Assembly (NCBI GenBank): GCA_903821745.1
Contig: CAIJMI010000005.1
Coordinates: 57,051 to 121,050, forward strand
Direction of reading: 5' to 3'
Length of the DNA stretch: 64,000 nt
Origin: Candidatus Gottesmanbacteria bacterium
GTDB taxonomy: Bacteria > Patescibacteriota > Microgenomatia > UBA10105 > UBA927
Made by a program: the position numbers and the translations under genes. This document shows, piece after piece, positions 49,230 through 57,960 of the stretch (position 1 is the stretch's first letter; each line of letters opens with the position of its first letter). The notes under the pieces were generated by a model. The model saw only the letters and a program-made list of their open reading frames with translations. It was not told the DNA's origin and made no database searches.

Positions 49230-50321
49230 ATGGCGAAAAAAATACCTGTACCGATATGGACTATTTTGGTCATTGTCTGTATTGCGTCTCTTGGAATTAT
49301 TCGATATATTTCACCAAAATACCACTATATAGACACTATTTCTCAAGCTGAACAAGCAGTGGAAAATATGTCTCCAGCACAAATCATCGGACAACTGTTC
49401 ATCTGGGGCATACCTGACACCGTGCTTTCCTCGGCTTCCGCTAATTTGATAAGAACAACTCAACCCGCAGGTGTTATTCTAACCGGAAATTTTACAAATG
49501 AGGAATTACATCGAATGACATGGGATATTAAGCAAATTCAGTCCAGCGTACCAATGTTTATCGCAATAGATGAAGAGGGCGGAGTAGTACGACATATCAA
49601 AAATGATGAATTGCCGGGTGGACAAAAATTAGGCCAGTTAAATAAAGAAGATTTTTGCATGACTTTCACATCACGGAGTGCACTCTTACAAAAAAATGAT
49701 ATCAATACCAATTTTAATATCATCGGCGATGTTGGTTGGAACATACAAAGTTACATGTGGCAACGAACATACGCCAATACACCAATTGCTGTCGCAGATT
49801 ATGTTGAACAGGCTATCGCTTGTTCAAACTCCATAGTAACTGTTATTAAACATTTTCCTGGCCATGCAGATACAGCAGTGAATTCACATTTTAAAATCCC
49901 AATTGTCGACAAAAATGAATTGACTTGGCGACAGGAAGACGGTCTTCCATTTTTTCGTTCTATAGAAAATAACGTCGGCATGATTATGGTAGGTCACATT
50001 GAATACCCAAAAATTGCAAGTGGACCAGCCTCACTTTCCAAAAAATTTCACCAAATAATTTCTGATTCCCAATTTCAGGGACTCACAATAACGGATGATT
50101 TGGGTATGCTTGAACAAAGTGGCTACTCACCAAACCTGTATATAAAACAGGCGTTGAACGCAGGGAATAACCTGTTGCTTATAACAACATCAAGTATTCC
50201 ACCCGAAACTGTGTATTTAAATCTACTTAGCGAAGCAACACAATCATCGATGCTGATGGAAACTATTCAAAAAAATGTACAAAAAACACTTGAATTTAAA
50301 AGAGAAAACCTACATCCCTAA
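49230..50321 (+). CDS. glycoside hydrolase family 3 N-terminal domain protein (NagZ-like beta-N-acetylhexosaminidase), membrane-anchored
   Basis: GH3 signature ...KHFPGHADTAVNSHFKIPIV... and ...IAIDEEGGVVRH...; N-terminal TM helix. Confidence 0.75.
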   Translation: MAKKIPVPIWTILVIVCIASLGIIRYISPKYHYIDTISQAEQAVENMSPAQIIGQLFIWGIPDTVLSSASANLIRTTQPAGVILTGNFTNEELHRMTWDIKQIQSSVPMFIAIDEEGGVVRHIKNDELPGGQKLGQLNKEDFCMTFTSRSALLQKNDINTNFNIIGDVGWNIQSYMWQRTYANTPIAVADYVEQAIACSNSIVTVIKHFPGHADTAVNSHFKIPIVDKNELTWRQEDGLPFFRSIENNVGMIMVGHIEYPKIASGPASLSKKFHQIISDSQFQGLTITDDLGMLEQSGYSPNLYIKQALNAGNNLLLITTSSIPPETVYLNLLSEATQSSMLMETIQKNVQKTLEFKRENLHP

Positions 50322-50374
50322 TTGCTTTTTAGCTAAGTACTTCATATGATAGAAAAGGATCATTTATACTGCCT

Positions 50375-51511
50375 ATGAACCAAAACGATAAGAAAAAAAC
50401 CGTGAAATACGAAGGATCTGCGGATGCTTCAAAACTTCCACCCAAGTCGGAAGAAAAAACAATTGAAAAACCCCCTGAAAAACAGGAAAAAATTGAGCTG
50501 TCAATTGATAAGGAAGCTATTAAAAAATTTAAATTAATAGCCGTTGCGTATTCCCACGTTGAAAGAGAATGGTTTCCTAATGAGGAATCCTACCTTGCAG
50601 AGGTGGAAGTTGAGCAGCGAGCTGCTGACGTCATAAAAGAAATTGAAAAACTGGGACTTAGAGCAAAAGGATATCCTGGTGATCAGTATTTTTTAACAAA
50701 TCTGCTTGTTGATCGACCTGATCTTGTACTAAATCTCGTTGACACACTAAAAGGAAAGGATGCGCTACAAACATCAATACCTGCGGCTCTTGAGCTGGCA
50801 AACATTCCGTATACCGGAGCCGAGATGCAAGGACTCGTCATTGGAAATGACCGGCATTTGATTAAACAACTCTTAACGGCATACCAAATCCCAACGCCGT
50901 CATTTCAATATATTCGGTACGCGGGAACAGCAATCCAGGAATCTATTGGGTTGCCGCTCATTGTAAAACTGAACGAAAGTGGAGGCAGTGTTGGCATTAA
51001 CAATGACGCGGTGAAAGAGACGATTGAAAAAGCACAAAAACGAGTAGACGAATTGATTGGTATATATAAAGTCGGCGTCATTGTCGAGCGATTTATTGAC
51101 GGACCGGAACTTACGGTTGTTGTATTTGATGACCGAACAAAAAAACACGTATTTATGGGCGAAAAAGTTTTCCGTATCAAACCTGACGGAAAACATTATT
51201 TTACAAGTATTGAAAGTTACGATGATAGCAAGGCCTACCGGTATAAAAAAGTGAATGATGAACTTGCAGCGAAAGTTGCCAAGCTTGCTATTCGAGCATT
51301 TAACGGCCTTCGATATAAAGATTACGCAAAGTTTGATATACGCGTTGATGAAGCAACAAGCACGCCGTATTTTACAGATTGTAATCCAAACACTGCATTT
51401 GGACCGGACAAAGGGTTACCACTAACTGAAGTCTTAAAACTTGGGGGTGTAACATTTCAGGATATGCTTGCAAGTCTACTTTCCAAATACGCAAAAACTA
51501 TTTTTCAATAA
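50375..51511 (+). CDS. ATP-grasp enzyme, D-alanine--D-alanine ligase-like
   Basis: N-terminal Ddl-like domain (...KLIAVAYSHVEREW...), ATP-grasp core (...GLPLIVKLNESGGSVGI...VIVERFIDGPELTV...); 378 aa with a Lys/Glu-rich N-terminal extension. Confidence 0.6.
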   Translation: MNQNDKKKTVKYEGSADASKLPPKSEEKTIEKPPEKQEKIELSIDKEAIKKFKLIAVAYSHVEREWFPNEESYLAEVEVEQRAADVIKEIEKLGLRAKGYPGDQYFLTNLLVDRPDLVLNLVDTLKGKDALQTSIPAALELANIPYTGAEMQGLVIGNDRHLIKQLLTAYQIPTPSFQYIRYAGTAIQESIGLPLIVKLNESGGSVGINNDAVKETIEKAQKRVDELIGIYKVGVIVERFIDGPELTVVVFDDRTKKHVFMGEKVFRIKPDGKHYFTSIESYDDSKAYRYKKVNDELAAKVAKLAIRAFNGLRYKDYAKFDIRVDEATSTPYFTDCNPNTAFGPDKGLPLTEVLKLGGVTFQDMLASLLSKYAKTIFQ

Positions 51512-51518
51512 TTACAAG

Positions 51519-51600
51519 TGCCTCCGAGAGGATTTGAACCTCTAAGGGTTGCCCCATATGCTCCTGAAGCATACGCGTCTACCAATTGCGCCACGGAGGC
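51519..51600 (-). tRNA. tRNA-Leu (anticodon CAG), long variable arm
   Basis: The reverse complement GCCTCCGTGGCGCAATTGGTAGACGCGTATGCTTCAGGAGCATATGGGGCAACCCTTAGAGGTTCAAATCCTCTCGGAGGCA has anticodon loop TTCAGGA. Confidence 0.85.
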
Positions 51601-51661
51601 TCCGCGACTACCAAAAATTATAACACACAAACATTTTATCCCTATAGTACAATACAGATGT

Positions 51662-52561
51662 ATGAAGAACGAATGGAAAAAACTCCCTGAAGCATTCTTA
51701 GATCGATTGGAACAAATCGTACCGAAAGATGCAGTAAAAAGGATACTGCATGCGTATACGGTGCAACGAAAAACGACCATTCGGGTTAATACCTTAAAAA
51801 CAACAACCGAAGAACTCTTAACTATATTTAAAGAGCACCATATTATTTATAAACCATCTGACATCTCGCCAATTGCATTTATTATTCAAAATGAAAAGCG
51901 GGATCTTCTTGATCTTGATGCGTATACTAAAGGTCTGTTCTATATTCAAAGCCTCTCAAGTCAACTCCCAGCACTTGCTCTTGATCCAAAGCCAAACGAG
52001 AAAATTCTTGATATCGCAGCAGCGCCAGGGAGCAAAACTACACAAATTGCAGCCATCATGAATAATACCGGTGAAATTGTTGCAAACGACAACAGTAGAA
52101 TCAGAGGATATAAATTAGAAGCAAATCTTAAAACTCAAGGCGTAACAAATACTAAAATAGGTATATCGGCAGGACAAACACTCTGGCAAATATATCCGGA
52201 ATATTTTGACCGCGCACTTGTTGATGCTCCTTGCAGTATGGAAGGAACTTTTACTACAACAAACCCAAAAACGTATGAGCATTGGTCTGTCAAAGAGAAC
52301 AAAGAATTAGTACAGAGACAAAAATGGTTACTCCGATCAGCAATCAGTGCAACAAAACCAGGAGGGATTATTGTCTACTCAACGTGCACACTTGAACCAT
52401 CAGAAAATGAACAGGTTATTGAATGGATATTGAAAAAAGAGAAAGGGCATATTGAACTAGCAAAACCAATGTCTCATATCTATCCGTCTGAAACCATGGA
52501 AGGATTTTTTGTTGCAACCCTTAAAAAAACTTCGTCAACCATCCCTTCGGTACTGCTCTAG
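51662..52561 (+). CDS. 16S rRNA m5C methyltransferase, RsmB/RsmF (NOL1/NOP2/Sun) family
   Basis: SAM-binding ...LDIAAAPGSKTTQIA... and catalytic ...DAPCSMEGT...YSTCTLEP... motifs. I placed the start at the ATG at 51662 because the ORF-track start at 51518 overlaps tRNA-Leu. Confidence 0.8.
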   Translation: MKNEWKKLPEAFLDRLEQIVPKDAVKRILHAYTVQRKTTIRVNTLKTTTEELLTIFKEHHIIYKPSDISPIAFIIQNEKRDLLDLDAYTKGLFYIQSLSSQLPALALDPKPNEKILDIAAAPGSKTTQIAAIMNNTGEIVANDNSRIRGYKLEANLKTQGVTNTKIGISAGQTLWQIYPEYFDRALVDAPCSMEGTFTTTNPKTYEHWSVKENKELVQRQKWLLRSAISATKPGGIIVYSTCTLEPSENEQVIEWILKKEKGHIELAKPMSHIYPSETMEGFFVATLKKTSSTIPSVLL

Positions 52562-52599
52562 TAAACAAAAGTCGTTTACAGTAAAATAAGGAGGTAATA

Positions 52600-52685
52600 G
52601 CCGCGGTGGTGAAACTGGTATACACGCAGGACTTAAAATTCTGTGGGTGTTAAAACCCGTGTGGGTTCGATTCCCGCCCGCGGCA
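52600..52685 (+). tRNA. tRNA-Leu (anticodon TAA), long variable arm
   Basis: GCCGCGGTGGTGAAACTGGTATACACGCAGGACTTAAAATTCTGTGGGTGTTAAAACCCGTGTGGGTTCGATTCCCGCCCGCGGCA has anticodon loop CTTAAAA. Confidence 0.8.
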
Positions 52686-52714
52686 CAAAAAAATAATCAG
52701 CACAGTGTACTGCC

Positions 52715-53734
52715 ATGATAAAAACATTTCCTTATCTTGAAGTAACCGGCAACAATCATGATCTGGGTCTTGCCATTGGAGAAATGTTTCGAGGAAAAAT
52801 TCAGGAAGTCATATCAGACCGGAAACATTATATTCGTAAATATCAGGAACGATTATCCCAAACGGAAAGTTTTGTAAAAGAAACCAAAAAAGCGTTTCCT
52901 AATCTTATCCGCGAAATTGAAGGAATGGCCGAAGGGGCCGACGTTCCGTTCCTCGATTTATTTTTTCACAATACCCCCGAAGTATACGACAGGACAAGCG
53001 AATGGGACCGGGAACAGGCACAACTAGAAGACCACTGCACCATTGCTGTCAGCTTCACAGAACGAGGTCCACTCATCGGACATAATGAAGACTGGGACAT
53101 TGAAAGTTTGGATGAGCTCTATGTTCTGAAAGCTACAGTCAACGGAACAACCTATCTCGGCCTCAATTATGCAACCTTTATGGTTGGTTGTTCAGCAACA
53201 CTAACCAGTAACGGTCTCGTACAATGTATTAATGAACTACATCAGGAAACACATATCGGTGTTGGGAAATATTTTATATCACGGGCAGTTCTTGATTGCA
53301 AAACGCTTGAGGAAGCAGCGGCCTGCATCCAACACACTCATCGGTCATCAGGGTATAATCACGTCCTTGTACAAGATAAAGAGATAATGGATATTGAAAC
53401 CGCTGGGATGGATATTGATATTGAAAAACAAACATCCAGACCGTACGCGCATACCAATCATTTTATATCCGATCGAATGAAAGTATTTGAAAAAGACGAA
53501 GCGACACATCACAAAAATTCGTATGATCGTTTGACGCGGGCCAATGAGCTCGTTCGAAACGATATGACTGTTGCGGATATGATGGCACTGTTATCTGATA
53601 CAAAAAATTCGATGTATCCTATTTGTCGGGAAGACGCAACAATCGGAGCCGTTATTTTGGAACCGTTACAAAAAAGAATTCATATTTGTTACGGGCCTCC
53701 TAATAGAGGCACTTTTGTTCCATATACGCTATAA
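52715..53734 (+). CDS. Ntn-hydrolase-like C45-family (acyl-CoA:6-APA acyltransferase-like) peptidase/hydrolase
   Basis: ...EDHCTIAVSF... (candidate nucleophile Cys), ...GHNEDWD... and the overall ~340-aa architecture of C45/AAT proteins. Confidence 0.45.
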   Translation: MIKTFPYLEVTGNNHDLGLAIGEMFRGKIQEVISDRKHYIRKYQERLSQTESFVKETKKAFPNLIREIEGMAEGADVPFLDLFFHNTPEVYDRTSEWDREQAQLEDHCTIAVSFTERGPLIGHNEDWDIESLDELYVLKATVNGTTYLGLNYATFMVGCSATLTSNGLVQCINELHQETHIGVGKYFISRAVLDCKTLEEAAACIQHTHRSSGYNHVLVQDKEIMDIETAGMDIDIEKQTSRPYAHTNHFISDRMKVFEKDEATHHKNSYDRLTRANELVRNDMTVADMMALLSDTKNSMYPICREDATIGAVILEPLQKRIHICYGPPNRGTFVPYTL

Positions 53735-53743
53735 TAACGAAAT

Positions 53744-53817
53744 CGGGATGTGGCGCAATTGGCTAGCGCGCATCGTTTGGGACGATGAGGTTGAGAGTTC
53801 AAGTCTCTCCATCCCGA
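53744..53817 (+). tRNA. tRNA-Pro (anticodon TGG)
   Basis: CGGGATGTGGCGCAATTGGCTAGCGCGCATCGTTTGGGACGATGAGGTTGAGAGTTCAAGTCTCTCCATCCCGA has a C1-G72 pair typical of bacterial tRNA-Pro and anticodon loop TTTGGGA. Confidence 0.85.
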
Positions 53818-53830
53818 CTGCATAAATTGT

Positions 53831-54880
53831 ATGTTTTCTTCTTACCTACAACAAAAAAAAGAGCTCATTCTCCAAGCTCTTTCAGCCTATATAGCAAGCC
53901 AAAAAAATCAAGATGTCGGAATCAATGAGTGGAAACTTGACGCGCTTGATCGCATTGAGGCGTTCATGCAAAACGGAAAAATGATCCGTGGGACACTCGT
54001 TTATCTCGGAGCTACAATTGCCGAAGCGAAAGATACAGAGGATCTTGCCAATCTTGCCCTTGCTATGGAATTTTTCCAAACAGGACTGTTAATGCACGAC
54101 GACATAATAGACAATGCCACCGCACGAAGAGGTAAACCTACGCTTCATACGACATACACGGAGCTCATGAATAAAAAACAATCCAGATACCCCAAAAATA
54201 CTGGAACATCCTTGGCCATTTTAACAGGGGATATCGCTTTCTTTCTTGGCATGCAACTTTTAACAAAGCTACAAAATCAATCATTGGCAACATTTTGTAC
54301 AAAAGAATTACAAACTGTCAGTTATGCCCAAATGCTTGATGTGGCATTAGGAGCCAGCAACAGACCGGCAAAATCAATAAACGACATATTGAAAATGTAC
54401 CAGAATAAAACAGGCAGATATTCAATATTACTTCCTCTAACAATCGGAGCAATGATGGGAAAAGCAAACGCTCAAACACTCAAACACATAGCTAAAAGTA
54501 GCGAAGCATTAGGAATTGCTTTTCAGCTTGTTGACGACTCGCTTGATATATTCGGAAACGAGCAAATAACAGGAAAAACGATAGGCACAGACATACAGGA
54601 AGGGAAACAAACACCCTATATCCATTTTCTACGCGCTCTGGGAGACGAAACGATTACCCAACACATTCAAGAATTGTTTAATAAAGGCACTATTACCCCT
54701 GAAGATATGGTGTGGGTAAAACAAAAAATTAAAAAAACTGGGATAGATAAAAAAATTGTTGCGATGATTTCTGAATACAAAACACAAGCAATTGAAGCAA
54801 TCACACGCATTCCAATGAAAAACGAAACACAAAAACTTACGCTGTCATTTGTCGAGTACCTTACAAACCGTATACAATAA
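53831..54880 (+). CDS. polyprenyl diphosphate synthase (trans-isoprenyl diphosphate synthase family)
   Basis: First Asp-rich motif ...LLMHDDIIDNATARRGKPT... and second Asp-rich region ...FQLVDDSLDIFG...; 349 aa. Confidence 0.85.
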   Translation: MFSSYLQQKKELILQALSAYIASQKNQDVGINEWKLDALDRIEAFMQNGKMIRGTLVYLGATIAEAKDTEDLANLALAMEFFQTGLLMHDDIIDNATARRGKPTLHTTYTELMNKKQSRYPKNTGTSLAILTGDIAFFLGMQLLTKLQNQSLATFCTKELQTVSYAQMLDVALGASNRPAKSINDILKMYQNKTGRYSILLPLTIGAMMGKANAQTLKHIAKSSEALGIAFQLVDDSLDIFGNEQITGKTIGTDIQEGKQTPYIHFLRALGDETITQHIQELFNKGTITPEDMVWVKQKIKKTGIDKKIVAMISEYKTQAIEAITRIPMKNETQKLTLSFVEYLTNRIQ

Positions 54881-54884
54881 AGAT

Positions 54885-55325
54885 ATGAATCCAAAAATTA
54901 TCATTCTGGTTGGTCTGTTTCTTCTCAGTATCTTTTCTTTTTGGTTTTATACCCGCCATCCATTAAGTGGTACGGTAACAATTAAAAATACGATCTTTAT
55001 CGTTGACGTAGCCGTCACAAATATCGAAAAAGAAAAAGGGTTGGGGTATCGCAAAAATCTTGAACCAAAACATGGAATGCTGTTTGTCTACGATCATCAA
55101 GAAATCTTTCCTTTTTGGATGAAAGGAATGAATTTTCCCCTTGATTTTATCTGGCTTCAAGGTAACATTATTGTCGATATCACAAAAAATGTACAACCAC
55201 CAAATGGACTGGATATGCATGTTGTTAAACCGACCGTGAAAGTCGACAAAATACTAGAACTGAACGCGGGCGAAGTAGATGCCTATAACATTAAAATAGG
55301 GGATACAGTTTTATATAATAAATAG
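54885..55325 (+). CDS. DUF192 (COG1430) family protein with N-terminal TM anchor
   Basis: ...GMLFVYDHQEIFPFWMKGMNFPLDFIWL... is the DUF192 core. I placed the start at the ATG at 54885; the ORF-track start at 54849 overlaps the previous gene. Confidence 0.65.
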   Translation: MNPKIIILVGLFLLSIFSFWFYTRHPLSGTVTIKNTIFIVDVAVTNIEKEKGLGYRKNLEPKHGMLFVYDHQEIFPFWMKGMNFPLDFIWLQGNIIVDITKNVQPPNGLDMHVVKPTVKVDKILELNAGEVDAYNIKIGDTVLYNK

Positions 55326-55371
55326 ATGTGTTGAGCGTAACACAAAGTCTTTGGTATAATAGCAAAAGTTC

Positions 55372-55446
55372 GCGGCATTAGTTCACTGGTAGAACGCAAC
55401 TTTTCCAAAGTTGATGTAAGGGGTCCGATTCCCCTATGCCGCTCCA
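55372..55446 (+). tRNA. tRNA-Gly (anticodon TCC), CCA encoded
   Basis: GCGGCATTAGTTCACTGGTAGAACGCAACTTTTCCAAAGTTGATGTAAGGGGTCCGATTCCCCTATGCCGCTCCA has anticodon loop TTTCCAA and T-loop TCCGATT. Confidence 0.85.
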
Positions 55447-55491
55447 AATCACATCGCTCTCAATCCCCATTCGTAGTATAATTCCCATATA

Positions 55492-55563
55492 GCTCCCGTA
55501 GTTCAACGGATAGAACAAGCCCCTTCTAAGGGTTAAATGGAGGTTCGATTCCCCCCGGGAGCG
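55492..55563 (+). tRNA. tRNA-Arg (anticodon TCT)
   Basis: GCTCCCGTAGTTCAACGGATAGAACAAGCCCCTTCTAAGGGTTAAATGGAGGTTCGATTCCCCCCGGGAGCG has anticodon loop CTTCTAA. One A-C mismatch in the T-stem as I read it. Confidence 0.75.
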
Positions 55564-55573
55564 CTCTTTCTTT

Positions 55574-57286
55574 ATGATTCAACTTCTTATTACTATCTGT
55601 CTACTCATATTTCTTCAAACCAACGTTCAGGCTATTTATGATCCGCTATCCGTTGCAAATAATAAATACGGCATACACATAACCGATCAAAATGACATTT
55701 CGGCAACACACGATCTCGTGAACTCAACCAATGGAGATTGGGGATACGTCACCGTTGTCATTACTGACAATGACTTAAATAGAAATAAATGGCAGGAAGT
55801 ATTTAATACCATGCGTCGAAAACATCTTATTCCCTTAGTGCGTATCGCAACACATGTTGAAGGAGATGCCTGGGTTATTCCCCAGGAAGTCAATATTGAT
55901 AAATGGGTGGATTTTTTAAACAGCTTAAATTGGCCAATAGAAAATCGGTACGTTATTTTATTTAACGAACCAAATCACGCAAACGAATGGGGAAATACAT
56001 TAGACCCAGCAAGATACGGTGACCTTTTGATCAAATTTTCTCAGGCCTTAAAGAATGTTTCAAACGATTTCTTTATTCTTCCTGCTGGTCTTGATGCATC
56101 AGCCGCAAACGATGGAGCAACAATGGACGAAAAAACATATCTTACACAACTTTTTTCAAACTACCCGGATCTTTTCAACTATATCGATGGTTGGACATCC
56201 CACGCATACCCTAATCCCGCATTTTCAGGTTCTCCCAATGCTCTTGGTAAGGGAACGCTTGCGACATTTGCGTGGGAACGCGAATTGATCCGCTCATTTG
56301 GTATCACAAAAAAGTTACCCATATTTATCACAGAAACGGGATGGGAACACAGTGAGGGAAAATATTTGAACAACCGTTTATTATCATCTAACATTATCGC
56401 AAGTTACCTCCAGACAGCGGCCTCAGGCATTTGGACCGATAGGGATATTGTTGCAATCACTCCGTTTCTTCTAAATTATCAAGACAATCCTTTTGATCAT
56501 TTTTCCTGGAGAAAATTAAATTCAGCCGACTACTATCCTGAATATTATTCCTACCAGTCCTTACCAAAAACAGCTGGTACACCAAAACAGCGTGAAGTAT
56601 ATCAATTCACCCCATCACTATTTCCAGACTCCCTTGTTGTACATTCAACATATACACTGGAAACAACCTTACAAAACCTAGGCCAAAGCATTATTGAACC
56701 AAACAACGGGTATATCTTAACAATTCGTGATGAGACAAACCTCTTTGATGTCTTTACAGAACCGCTTCCAGTTCTCGAACCAAACGAAAAAGGCAGAGTC
56801 CGAGCCTTTATAAAAACACCAAAAGCAGAAGGAGACTACATAGTAACAACAATGATTACCCATGGAAGCATTCGCGTTCCCATTGAAACGAAAACAATAC
56901 ACATCATCCCTCCACCTTCAGCTGATCTATCCGTACAACTGGGATGGAGAAAAAACAGTGATAATCAGATCGCAACCGTTCTTCTATATGACACAAAAGA
57001 CACGCTCCTTCATAAATTTACGGACATTCGGATTCAAAACAATCACCTGAGTATTACCGGTTTTTATCAAGTGAAGCCTGGTGAAAAATACCGCGTTGTT
57101 GTCCTTGTTCCATACTATTTACCACGCCAAGCAATCATCACGATGCAAACAGAAGCCAACGTTTGGTCGGTAAAGCGTCTCTATCCGTTTGACTTTAACC
57201 GTGACGGCAAGTTGACTGTTCAAGACATCATTGCATTACTTCTGATGTCACCAAATATAGTCATACAATTATTTTTACATTCCTGA
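55574..57286 (+). CDS. secreted glycoside hydrolase, clan GH-A (cellulase-like TIM barrel) with C-terminal dockerin-like Ca-binding repeat
   Basis: Signal peptide; ...LFNEPNHANEWG... (NEP acid/base motif) and ...IFITETGWEH... (TE.G nucleophile motif) ~150 aa apart, as in GH5/GH39-type enzymes. The C-terminal ...FDFNRDGKLTVQDIIALL... is a dockerin/EF-hand-like segment. Confidence 0.6.
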   Translation: MIQLLITICLLIFLQTNVQAIYDPLSVANNKYGIHITDQNDISATHDLVNSTNGDWGYVTVVITDNDLNRNKWQEVFNTMRRKHLIPLVRIATHVEGDAWVIPQEVNIDKWVDFLNSLNWPIENRYVILFNEPNHANEWGNTLDPARYGDLLIKFSQALKNVSNDFFILPAGLDASAANDGATMDEKTYLTQLFSNYPDLFNYIDGWTSHAYPNPAFSGSPNALGKGTLATFAWERELIRSFGITKKLPIFITETGWEHSEGKYLNNRLLSSNIIASYLQTAASGIWTDRDIVAITPFLLNYQDNPFDHFSWRKLNSADYYPEYYSYQSLPKTAGTPKQREVYQFTPSLFPDSLVVHSTYTLETTLQNLGQSIIEPNNGYILTIRDETNLFDVFTEPLPVLEPNEKGRVRAFIKTPKAEGDYIVTTMITHGSIRVPIETKTIHIIPPPSADLSVQLGWRKNSDNQIATVLLYDTKDTLLHKFTDIRIQNNHLSITGFYQVKPGEKYRVVVLVPYYLPRQAIITMQTEANVWSVKRLYPFDFNRDGKLTVQDIIALLLMSPNIVIQLFLHS

Positions 57287-57337
57287 ATGCTTCACGAACA
57301 AGCAAAAGTACGATATACTCAAAGGTGGAAAACCAAT

Positions 57338-57416
57338 GGTGACTGTAGCTCAGCCCGGTTAGAGCGCCTCCCTGTGGAGGAGGATGTCGAGGGTCCGAAT
57401 CCCTTCAGTCACCCCA
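57338..57416 (+). tRNA. tRNA-His (anticodon GTG) with genome-encoded G-1 and CCA
   Basis: G-GTGACTGTAGCTCAGCCCGGTTAGAGCGCCTCCCTGTGGAGGAGGATGTCGAGGGTCCGAATCCCTTCAGTCAC-C-CCA has an extra 5' G pairing with C73 (the His identity element) and anticodon loop CTGTGGA. Confidence 0.85.
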
Positions 57417-57889
57417 TGAACGATAAAGACTTTTTGAAATTAGCAGTTGAACAAGCAAAAAAATCCGTTGAAATGGGAGGATTTCCTGCTGGTGCAGTCA
57501 TTGTCAAAAATGGACAAGTAATAGCAGAAGGAATCAGTCTTGGATACACGCTTCATGATCCCACAGAACATGCAGAAACGTCCGCGATCAAGAAAGCCTG
57601 CAAAACGATTGGCTCTTCCAATTTAGAAGGCGCCACTCTCTATGAATCCTTGGAATGTTGCACCATGTGTTTTTCGGTGAGCAATTGGGCAGGAATTTCA
57701 AGAATCGTCTATGCCTGTAGAAAAACACCGGATATGGTGAACAAACAATACTATGAAGGCATGACCAAAAACGAAGATATAAACGCTACGAACAACAATA
57801 AAATAGACCTTGTATTCATTCCTGAATTTGAACAAGAATGTTTAGATATGGTAAAAGACTGGGAACAAAAACAAACAAAAGCCTCCTAA
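57416..57889 (+). CDS. CMP/dCMP-type zinc deaminase (TadA/nucleoside deaminase-like)
   Basis: Zinc motifs ...HAETSAI... (H-A-E) and ...ECCTMC... (PC..C-like) ~30 aa apart. The ATG start (57416-57418) shares its A with the terminal A of the tRNA-His CCA; the ORF-track start at 57287 would run through the tRNA. Confidence 0.7.
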   Translation: MNDKDFLKLAVEQAKKSVEMGGFPAGAVIVKNGQVIAEGISLGYTLHDPTEHAETSAIKKACKTIGSSNLEGATLYESLECCTMCFSVSNWAGISRIVYACRKTPDMVNKQYYEGMTKNEDINATNNNKIDLVFIPEFEQECLDMVKDWEQKQTKAS

Positions 57890-57960
57890 ACGCTAGCGGT
57901 TTTACCAAATAATGATATCGGAGATTCTCTTGTGTATAATAGAGACAAGTTTTAATTTTT

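Noticed and set aside
51518-51661. N-terminal extension of the RsmB/F-like methyltransferase ORF (MPPRGFEPLRVAPYAPEAYASTNCATEAP...)
   Set aside because: The extension is simply the reverse-strand translation of tRNA-Leu(CAG). The real start was moved to the ATG at 51662.
48519-52685. Three tRNA-Leu genes as possible duplicates or a tRNA repeat family
   Set aside because: They have different anticodons (GAG, CAG, TAA) and distinct sequences. They are ordinary isoacceptors, not repeats.
57287-57415. N-terminal extension of the deaminase ORF
   Set aside because: It reads through tRNA-His (57338-57416). The start was moved to the ATG at 57416.
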